From Gammaproteobacteria bacterium (GTDB taxonomy: Bacteria; Pseudomonadota; Gammaproteobacteria; Eutrophobiales; Eutrophobiaceae), in assembly GCA_965116495.1 (NCBI GenBank), contig OZ220696.1, positions 352,001-416,000 of the forward strand: a stretch of 64,000 bases of DNA, read 5' to 3'. The notes beneath the pieces are model-generated. The model was given only the letters and a program-made list of their open reading frames with translations, was not told the origin of the DNA and did not search any database. Positions 48,913 to 56,862 of the stretch are shown one piece after another. A program made the position numbers and the translations under genes. Every line of letters begins with the position of its first letter. The stretch's first letter is position 1.

Positions 48913-50130
48913 ATGAACGAATTCAGGAAAGGCTGGGGTCCCTTGCTGGCCGCAATGGTAGGCATGATGTGCGGCTTGCTCACAATAACCAATTACTCAC
49001 AGGGCTTCTTCGTCGGTCCCGTTACGGCCGACCTTGGCTGGTCGGTGCCAGAGTTTTTCTTTGCGTTCACGATCTCGGCCTGTCTGGGACTAATTACTGC
49101 CCCGCTCATTGGTTCGCTCGCATTGAAGTACGGCATCAAGCGCATGGGTATTCTCGGACTCGTCGGGCACGCGCTGGCGTATGTATTGATGTCGCTGAAC
49201 AATGGTTCGCTGGCGCTGTGGTACCTGACATTCGCAGCCCTGGCATTTCTCGGAGCGGGTACGCTGCCGGTCATCTGGACGGCCGTCCTCAACGGCTGGT
49301 TTGAGAAGAATCGCGGCAAGGCAATCGGAATTACCATGGCGGGTACCGGGTTAGGCGCATTCCTGTTACCGCCGATCGCTGAGTTCCTGATTTCCAACTA
49401 TGGCTGGCGGACGGCGTACCAGGGTATCGGTATCGGTGCGTTGGTGGTGTCCTTGCCGATAGTCGTTTTGTTGTTCAATGAAAACCCGGAAGCGGGGTCC
49501 GGCAAAGCAAATTCGACAGCGCCGGATACAAGCTGGGGAGTGACGCGCGCGGAAGCGCTGCGCGGCTACCGTTTCTGGGTGCTCGGCAGTGTGTTGTTTA
49601 TCACTGTTTTTGTCATTGTCGGTTTGCTTTCGAATTTCGAGAGAATCATGGTGGCCCAAGGATTGGCACGCGCGGATATCGCAGGTATCGCGGCGACAAT
49701 GGGGTTGACCGTAATCATTGGCCGATTGCTGGTCGGGGTGTTGGTTGACAAATTCTGGGCGCCTGGGGTCGCAGCGGTATTTATTGTGATGCCCATCATC
49801 GCAATGCTGCTGATGAAATATGGCGCCCCGTCAATGCAGACCGGTATAGTCATCGGTATCGCCATAGGACTTGCCGCAGGCGCCGAACTGGACATGCTTG
49901 CCTATCTTACCGGCCGTTACTTCGGACCTGCACATTACCCGGCAGTATTCGGCGGCATTTTTGCTTTTTTTACGGTTGGCGCCGGTATTGCTCCACCACT
50001 GTTCGGCGCGGGCGCGGCGACCTGGAATGGCTACGGTATGGTACTGAACGGCTCGATCGGATTATTGCTCCTGTCGATCATATTGTACCTGAGCTTGGGC
50101 AAATACCCGGATGCCCGGCGTTCCCCGTGA
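48913..50130 (+). CDS. MFS transporter
   Basis: About 12 hydrophobic segments, WFEKNRGKAIG and GAELD...RYFG motifs. Confidence 0.92.
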   Translation: MNEFRKGWGPLLAAMVGMMCGLLTITNYSQGFFVGPVTADLGWSVPEFFFAFTISACLGLITAPLIGSLALKYGIKRMGILGLVGHALAYVLMSLNNGSLALWYLTFAALAFLGAGTLPVIWTAVLNGWFEKNRGKAIGITMAGTGLGAFLLPPIAEFLISNYGWRTAYQGIGIGALVVSLPIVVLLFNENPEAGSGKANSTAPDTSWGVTRAEALRGYRFWVLGSVLFITVFVIVGLLSNFERIMVAQGLARADIAGIAATMGLTVIIGRLLVGVLVDKFWAPGVAAVFIVMPIIAMLLMKYGAPSMQTGIVIGIAIGLAAGAELDMLAYLTGRYFGPAHYPAVFGGIFAFFTVGAGIAPPLFGAGAATWNGYGMVLNGSIGLLLLSIILYLSLGKYPDARRSP

Positions 50131-50406
50131 TGGGGTCAGGTCGCACAATGCACACCGCCCGTAACTGGTTCCACATTAAAAGGTTTTCAAGGATATCCCG
50201 AAGCCGCAAACGCTGGCTCCACCCAGACTGCTTGACCACTACGAATCGGTATTTACGACGCGTCAAAGCGCTATGGCTGCTGCCTATCGGTCAGGACATT
50301 ACACCATGGTTGAAGTGGCGGAGTACTTTGGAGTCAACAGAACTACAGTGGGCCGAACGTTGAAAGAACGAGCCTCAAGTGTGCATTGTGCGACCTGACC
50401 TCATTC
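50129..50406 (+). mobile_element. Non-autonomous internal-deletion derivative of the RAYT element
   Basis: Left ~48 bp matches 51441-51489; the rest matches 52243-52470 (3' end of the transposase and right repeat). Confidence 0.9.
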
Positions 50407-50500
50407 ACGCTTTCTTCTCCCAATCGTCTGTGGTGTTTGTCCTGGCCAGTGTAATGATTTTGCTCATTGGTGTATCGGTTATTTATCTATTTTGAAGGGT

Positions 50501-51370
50501 TCAGATTATAAAGATTCCTGCGTCAGTATTAACCTGGTCTGATGAGATGTCCGCGTCAGTGTCAGTATTAACTTGGTCCGATGAGGTATCCGCGTTGGTA
50601 TCCACTTCTACCACATCGATGTTTGCGAAGAAATCCATTGTACCGTCCCCGTCGATATCGAGATCGAAGGTGTCGGGGTTGGTATTGATGTCGTGGATAT
50701 CGGAAACGAGATCGGGTTCAATCCAGCGGTAATATTCGCTTTCTTCGGTAATGATGAGGCCGTTTTCATCATAAACGGGGGAACGGCCGGTGCCGTCGGC
50801 GTTTTCGCTGATAGGAGCTTCGCGAGTATAGTATCCTTCTGTATCCATCTCTCCATTTTGGTTTGTGTCAATCCACATTTTTATTTGATATTGCTTGTTT
50901 TCCTCCAGGCCTGAAAACCAGGTAACGCTTCCGAAGCGGTCAAAGCCTAATTCTATCAAGGTATCGCTGGGATTATTCAGGACAATCTCTTCATAGTTGA
51001 TATGTATTATTCGCTGCCACTCGCCAGGATTGCCATTTTCATCTAGTTCCCGGATTAGTAGGTAGGTCATATTAACCATCTCTTGTACATATATTGGCCA
51101 GGTTTGTTTAGAGATTGGCCCTTCAGTCGTTGGGTCAAAGTCGGTATGGTGTATGTCTGACTCTGGTTGCCCCTGCCCTTCGTACAACTGATAGAAATCA
51201 CCATCATCATGATCAAAGTCCATGTAGAGAGCGAAGCCGGTTTCATTGTTGATTACATCGAGGTGTATTGAGTATTTGCTGGTCAGTCCGAGGTCGTCCA
51301 GTGTATTGCTGCCGGTCTGTTCAAGGTCTAGTGTAAATTCGGCCATGTCTTGCATTGTGGTTTTCCTCAT
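50501..51370 (-). CDS. Very acidic hypothetical protein with DxDxDG-like Ca-binding loops
   Basis: 289-aa ORF with RBS gagg; DFDHDDGD, DTNQNGEMD and DIDGDGTMD motifs; duplicated C-terminal AD(T/I)SSDQVNTD. Confidence 0.7.
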   Translation of the reverse strand: MRKTTMQDMAEFTLDLEQTGSNTLDDLGLTSKYSIHLDVINNETGFALYMDFDHDDGDFYQLYEGQGQPESDIHHTDFDPTTEGPISKQTWPIYVQEMVNMTYLLIRELDENGNPGEWQRIIHINYEEIVLNNPSDTLIELGFDRFGSVTWFSGLEENKQYQIKMWIDTNQNGEMDTEGYYTREAPISENADGTGRSPVYDENGLIITEESEYYRWIEPDLVSDIHDINTNPDTFDLDIDGDGTMDFFANIDVVEVDTNADTSSDQVNTDTDADISSDQVNTDAGIFII

Positions 51371-51440
51371 TGAGAATTGGAGAAATCTAAATAACCTTAT
51401 CTAATGCCGGGAGAATAAGCAAATTTATAGGCTTAGTGCG

Positions 51441-52472
51441 GATGGGGTCAGGTCGCACAATGCACATCGCCCGTAACAGGTTCCAGATTGGCCTGATCTA
51501 TTTGAAAAGCAGGTAGACTATTAGTAGGATTTCAACTAACCTCTGAATAAGTCAGCATTCCGTAACAGGGATTTTGTATAAATCAGCTTTCAAGGATGAA
51601 CTTATGGCAAGACCTCTCCGAATAGAATTTGCAGGAGCACTCTACCACATCACCTCCCGCGGTAACGCACGTGCTGATATATTTTCAGATGATTTTGACC
51701 GTTATCAATTTCTCAAGCTGCTGGGTGAAGCAGGCAAGCGGTTTGGTTGGTTGTGTCATGCGTACTGCTTAATGTCCAACCACTATCACTTGCTCATCGA
51801 AATCGGCCAGCCCGGATTGTCTAAGGGAATGCGCTTCCTCAACGGCGTTTATACGCAACGCTATAATAAACGACATGCCAGAGTAGGGCACTTGTTCCAG
51901 GGCCGGTTCAAAGGAATCCTGGTAGAGAGTGACGCCTATTTTTTAGAGCTGGTACGGTACATTGTTTTAAACCCCGTTCGAGCCCGGATGGTGAGACAGG
52001 CTCAAGAATGGCCTTGGAGCAGTTACCGGGCCACGGCAGGGCTGGCACGCCCCGAACCTTGTTTAACAATTGACAGGGTATTAGCCGAATTTTCGGAAAG
52101 GTGTGACAGTGCAAGAGCGAAGTATCAGGAGTTTGTTAACACCGATCAAAACCAACCCTCACCTTGGGAGAATCTCAAAAATCAAATTTACCTGGGCTCG
52201 GATTCCTTTGTGCAGGAAATGCTGAATCATATAGAACCGGATAAGGTTTCTAAGGATATCCCGAAGCCGCAAACGCTGGCTCCTCCTAAACCGCTTGACT
52301 ACTACGAATCAGCATTTACGACGCGTCAAAGCGCAATGTCTGCTGCCTATCGGTCAGGGCATTACACTATGGTTAAAGTGGCGGAGCATTTTGGAGTCAG
52401 CAGAACTACAGTGGGCCGAGCGTTGAAAGAATGAGCCTCAAGTGTGCATTGTGCGACCTGACCCCATTCTAC
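51441..52472 (+). mobile_element. RAYT element bounded by ~26-bp inverted repeats
   Basis: gatggggtcaggtcgcacaatgcaca ... tgtgcattgtgcgacctgaccccattc enclosing the transposase gene. Confidence 0.9.
51604..52434 (+). CDS. REP-associated tyrosine (Y1/HUH) transposase with a C-terminal HTH
   Basis: MARPLR..., YHITSRGN, AYCLMSNHYHLL (HUH), GHLFQGRF, YIVLNPVRA (catalytic Tyr), WPWSSY and VAEHFGVSRTTV. Confidence 0.92.
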   Translation: MARPLRIEFAGALYHITSRGNARADIFSDDFDRYQFLKLLGEAGKRFGWLCHAYCLMSNHYHLLIEIGQPGLSKGMRFLNGVYTQRYNKRHARVGHLFQGRFKGILVESDAYFLELVRYIVLNPVRARMVRQAQEWPWSSYRATAGLARPEPCLTIDRVLAEFSERCDSARAKYQEFVNTDQNQPSPWENLKNQIYLGSDSFVQEMLNHIEPDKVSKDIPKPQTLAPPKPLDYYESAFTTRQSAMSAAYRSGHYTMVKVAEHFGVSRTTVGRALKE

Positions 52473-52522
52473 CTGGGCAAATACCCGGATGCCCGGCGTT
52501 CCCCGGGTTGGGCACCGGTACC

Positions 52523-52915
52523 CTATTGTGGCATGTAGTTAATTCTGAAGGGGTTTCCTTCCGGGTCTCTTAATACCGCTTGATACCAACCATAGTAGGT
52601 TTCAAACGGCGGTTTAAGCATTGTTCCACCCAGTTCAACTGCATAATTGCAACGAGCATCAACATCTTCCCGGCTTGATGCACCAAAGGTTATTAAGAGC
52701 GTGTCTGTTTGGGTATCTGGTTTAGTTAGTGACAAAAGCCCGTAGGCATCCAGGCTACTTATGCCGATACAACATGCGCCTGTTTCGAAGCCTCTGAAAT
52801 AATCTGAACGACTTGCCGTTATCTCTTCAAGATTAAATAGTGTTTGATAATACTCAGCAAGGGCAACCATGTTCTTTGCAAACACATTGACATAGAATAA
52901 TGGATATTTATTCAT
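52523..52915 (-). CDS. VOC/glyoxalase family protein
   Basis: ELGGTMLKPPFETYYGWYQAVLRDPEGNPFRI. Confidence 0.85.
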   Translation of the reverse strand: MNKYPLFYVNVFAKNMVALAEYYQTLFNLEEITASRSDYFRGFETGACCIGISSLDAYGLLSLTKPDTQTDTLLITFGASSREDVDARCNYAVELGGTMLKPPFETYYGWYQAVLRDPEGNPFRINYMPQ

Positions 52916-52932
52916 TTTATTTCTTAATAGAG

Positions 52933-53916
52933 TCAAGCTGATTTTCCGTACGTTTTCTCATACATGTAAGCAACATGTTCCCCGGCAGTCGTCTCCGGGA
53001 AATCCAGCTCTCCGGATTCAGGCATGCAGGTAGGGACACATTTGACCTTGTAAAAATAATCAGGATCAAAGAAAGTGGGGCAGGAATAGCGGCTTTTGCC
53101 ACTCTGGTTATTAACGACACGGTGCATATTGGAGCGATATACACCATTGGTGAACACACGCATCATTTCGCCCAGATTGACGACAAACGTGCCTTCTATT
53201 GGAGGGGTTCTGATCCAGTCACCTGCGGAGTTTTGCACTTCCAATCCGCCAATATCGTCCTGCAAAAGCATGGTTAACATACCCCAGTCCGTGTGTGCCC
53301 CTGCCCCAAGTTGATTGGCAACAATTTCGGATTCCTGGGACGGATAATGCAGCAGACGGCCAACCATCACAGGTTCGGATAAGCCCTCGTCGAAATAAGC
53401 CTCGGTCAGATCCAGTGACAAGGCGAGTATCTTTGAAAGCGTTCTGCCCAGGTCCCGCATCAAATCAACATATTCATTAAATGAATCTTTAAAACCCTCT
53501 GGTTGTTCCGGCCATTGATTGGAACCCGTGTTGGGCACTCCTTGTTTCACATAAGGGTGGTTTTCATCCAGGTCATTACCGATAAGAAAGCCTTCTTTTA
53601 AATCGGGTGGCGAACCTTCGTCTAACGTCTGTGCCTTGATAGGTTCGTAGCCGCGAGTACAGGATGAGTTGTTGATATGAACTCTGTTCTTATCCGCTGC
53701 AGGCAAAGCGAAGAATAGTCTTGCCAGCTCAAGATGTTGCTCCATGCGCTCAACAGGAATGCCGTGGTTACTGATATAAAAGAATCCTGTTTCCCTGGAG
53801 GCTTTATGCACCTCCCATGCCACGGCTTTCTTCGCCTCTATATCACCGGAAAAATAAGGGGTAAGGTCAATAACCGGTATCCTGTCAGCGGCCTTTGCGG
53901 GGGTGTAAGTAATCAT
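52933..53916 (-). CDS. 2-oxoglutarate/Fe(II) oxygenase (IPNS-like)
   Basis: IPVIDL, GFFYISNHGI, HTD...H facial triad and RYS motif. Confidence 0.92.
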   Translation of the reverse strand: MITYTPAKAADRIPVIDLTPYFSGDIEAKKAVAWEVHKASRETGFFYISNHGIPVERMEQHLELARLFFALPAADKNRVHINNSSCTRGYEPIKAQTLDEGSPPDLKEGFLIGNDLDENHPYVKQGVPNTGSNQWPEQPEGFKDSFNEYVDLMRDLGRTLSKILALSLDLTEAYFDEGLSEPVMVGRLLHYPSQESEIVANQLGAGAHTDWGMLTMLLQDDIGGLEVQNSAGDWIRTPPIEGTFVVNLGEMMRVFTNGVYRSNMHRVVNNQSGKSRYSCPTFFDPDYFYKVKCVPTCMPESGELDFPETTAGEHVAYMYEKTYGKSA

Positions 53917-54088
53917 AGAATGGGGTCAGGTCGCACAATGCACGTTGTAATCATAGAATGGGGTCAGGTCGCACAATACACGTTGTAGGTGAAGTGACGT
54001 TGTATTTTGGAATCAGCAGAACTGCAGCGGGCCGAACGTTGAAAGAATGAGCCTCAAGTGTGCATTGTGCGACCTGACCCCATTCTAC
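53917..54088 (+). mobile_element. Second RAYT deletion derivative with a duplicated left end
   Basis: 38-bp tandem (53909-53946, 53947-53984) containing the left repeat, then the last ~50 bp of the transposase gene and the right repeat. Confidence 0.85.
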
Positions 54089-54091
54089 ATT

Positions 54092-55291
54092 CTACCCATT
54101 TAACTGGACTCTGAGTTCGCTTACTTCGCTGACAAACATATTGGTGTTTATCTTGAAGCTTTTTAACCGGGCATTGGAGTAGCTGCCTACCAGTTCTGCG
54201 ACGGCTTCCTGGGTCTCGATTAATGCTACATGCTGGCCGAGACAGGAGTATAGGCCGCCGCCGAAGTCCAGCAGATGGTGGACAACTTTCCGGGTCGGAT
54301 CGTAGCGTAACGGATCGTCGTAAACCCTCGGGTCGCGGTGGGCCGCGGGTATCAAGTGATGGACCGGTGTGCCTTCAGGGATCAGGACTCCACCATATTC
54401 CAGGTCTTCTGAAGCATAGCGCATCAGCGTATTGATACGGCCGGACAAACGGATAGTTTCATCGACAGCAGCAGGAATCAGCTCAGGATGATCAATGACT
54501 TGTTGCCAGCGTTGCCTGTCACTCGCAAGCCGGCCGATGACCGTGGCGATGCCATGGGCGGTATTGTCGGTACTGGCCTCGTTGAACATGGAGACAATGT
54601 GGAACAACTCCTGCTCACTGAAATGACCGGCCTGGTGCTGGGCAATGAAATTGGCGAGGAGATTTTCCTTCGGCGCTTCCATTGCATTGTCTATGAGGCT
54701 TTGGACATAGGGAAACAATTCATCGTAGGCGGCGATAATACCGGGGGTAAATTCAGGATTTCTGCTGAATATCTTCAGAAGCCGGTCAGACAGGTCGGCG
54801 ATCCAGGGGGCATCACTCAGCGGTGCGCCAAACCATAGACAAAACAGGCTGGATGGGACCGAAAAAGCAAAATCGTGCAGCAGATCGGTTTCTGTGTCCG
54901 GCTCTATGTTCTGCAGGAGGTCCTTGACCAGTTGCCGGATCATGGGGCGTTGTTCTTCGATAACCGAGGCGCCGATTGCCCGCGTCAATGCCTGGCGGAT
55001 ACGCGTGCGGTATGCATCCCGGCCGTGGCTTAATAACATGCATCTCTTGAATTCCTTTGCCGGTCCTTCAGGAAAGTTCATGGCCTCGACCAGGCCCATA
55101 TGATCTGAATGTAAGCGCCGATCCCTTAACAAGCCGACACATTCCTTATGTCCCAGCACTTCCAGCCCGCGGGCACTGCGGGCGAAGGGCCCCCGTTCGT
55201 GGGCCGACATGACAATAGCATCAAAATCGTCACTGGAGGCAAAGGCTGCGGTGATATCAATGGTGGGGAGTTGGTCGATGGTGAGTGTCAT
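54092..55291 (-). CDS. Cytochrome P450
   Basis: ETIR (ExxR), AHRDP and FGGGLYSCLG heme motif. Confidence 0.93.
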   Translation of the reverse strand: MTLTIDQLPTIDITAAFASSDDFDAIVMSAHERGPFARSARGLEVLGHKECVGLLRDRRLHSDHMGLVEAMNFPEGPAKEFKRCMLLSHGRDAYRTRIRQALTRAIGASVIEEQRPMIRQLVKDLLQNIEPDTETDLLHDFAFSVPSSLFCLWFGAPLSDAPWIADLSDRLLKIFSRNPEFTPGIIAAYDELFPYVQSLIDNAMEAPKENLLANFIAQHQAGHFSEQELFHIVSMFNEASTDNTAHGIATVIGRLASDRQRWQQVIDHPELIPAAVDETIRLSGRINTLMRYASEDLEYGGVLIPEGTPVHHLIPAAHRDPRVYDDPLRYDPTRKVVHHLLDFGGGLYSCLGQHVALIETQEAVAELVGSYSNARLKSFKINTNMFVSEVSELRVQLNG

Positions 55292-55498
55292 GAGACTCCT
55301 GTGGATACCTCTGTTTAAGCCCGTTTAACCGACTGCTATTTTAGCAGGATACAGAGTCTTCCAATCATAATTATTGTTTACAAGTGATGATTATTTGTTA
55401 TGCATCCCCGTAATCGCCCGGGCTTACTGGTAGCTGGTGATAACGCTCATGGCCGATAACTTTTTCGTCATCGTGCCGTCTCCGGTAAGAAATATGGG

Positions 55499-56695
55499 TT
55501 AGCTGCTCGATTCCCGGATCATCTTGCGTAGCATGCGTACGCCGACGAGCTTGATCATCAGACTTTTAAAAAGGGAAGGCGGGGCCGTGTTGGCTGCGGA
55601 AACATACTGGTTGATGCCTAGTTGCTCGCGCAGGTCCTCGGACATGGCCTGCATGGGGCCGTCGGACGGGATGCCGGTCGCATCGGCGATACGCACCATG
55701 CGCTGGAAGTTCGAAATGACCCCGGCCGCATCGACCATCGCTGCGGACCCCATCTTGTCCACCAGGGCCTGACGCGTCGACTCCAGCGCAGCGCCTTCAA
55801 CTCCCATGCAGGCGTTGGTGTACTGCAGCAGTTCGCGGGAATCAGGTATTCCCCTGATCTCGGTGCAGGACGGATCAGTGAGGCCGTCGAAGTCGATGGA
55901 CCCGCCTGTCAGTTCGACGCTCTCACGGAGCATCACCACATGTGAGGCAGTTCAGTAGAAACAGCCGTTGAGTGCGGACACCCGGGCGGCCACTACCTCG
56001 GTCTGGGGGCGGGACAGGGTTCCCTGGGGGGACTTGGTTACATTCCACACCTCGTCAACCTTCAGGTAATGCGCTATGGAAGTATCAAGCAGGGTGCGCA
56101 CCTCGTCGGGGACCAGGCTCAGCGCCCGGATGACGTAGCCGCGCATGTCGCCTTCCCACAGGTCCGCGTCAGGCCCGGAATCTACCCGCATCGGGAGTAT
56201 CGGGACCCAGGCCCGGTCGTAGGCAGCATTGTCGGGACGGTAACGGCTAGGCTCGCCCGGTTGCGGTTCCGGCAGTTCATTCAGGGGCAGGCCGAGGCAG
56301 CGGCAGAATTCGTCTATGGAGAACACCGCGACCTGGGTGCCGATAATTTCAACGTACTGTTCTACGCTGAGACCCTGCTGCATGATCCCGTCAAACCAGC
56401 TTTTCGTGAGCCGCGCCGAATCGGTGGTCACGCGGTGGATGACTTCGACCACCACATCGGGAAGATCGCTGACTGTGTCATGGGCCCCGTCAACCGTGTA
56501 TGGAGATAACGCTTCCTTGCGCCGGCGACAGAGATTGCATTGCTGTGAGTGGCGGATTTCCCTGGCTATGTCGACCCGTTCAGCACCCGTGAACCAATTA
56601 CCCGGAGCAGCCAGGCGCTGCCAGTAACGGTTATGGCTTGCAGCGAAATTCTCGCGCACCGGCCAGGGAGCATTGCTGTAGTCAATCACACTCAT
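55499..56695 (-). CDS. AhpD-related selenoprotein (UGA at 55952-55954 read as Sec; 398 aa)
   Basis: ORFs 55952-56695 and 55499-55939 are in frame across one TGA: ...SALNGCFY-U-TASHVVMLRES..., giving a CxxU motif. A SECIS-like hairpin follows, and selA/selD are in the window. Confidence 0.82.
55895..55951 (-). promoter_or_regulatory. Putative bacterial SECIS element
   Basis: UGA-A-CUGCCU...GAUGCUC-CGUGA-GAGCGUC...AGGCGG. The apical loop starts 24 nt after UGA and contains GU. Confidence 0.7.
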
Positions 56696-56750
56696 TTGCA
56701 GGAATTCTCCCTGATTCTACAGGTTGCGTCAACGCAGTTGTTTGCCCGGC

Positions 56751-56824
56751 AAATTTGGGACAGCCATAAATTTCGGACCAGTATAAATTTGGACTGACCA
56801 TCAATTTATGGGTGTCCCAAATTT
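56751..56824. repeat. Family C hairpin (AAATTTGGGACA-CCATAAATT arms)
   Basis: aaatttgggacagccataaatt...aatttatgggtgtcccaaattt; homologous to 61273-61408. Confidence 0.8.
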
Positions 56825-56862
56825 ACTTCCCTGAATATGCTGGTGGCATCAACAACGCGCGA

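Noticed and set aside
53909-53984. 38-bp tandem repeat as a mini-CRISPR
   Set aside because: Only two units without a unique spacer; explained by duplication of the RAYT left end.
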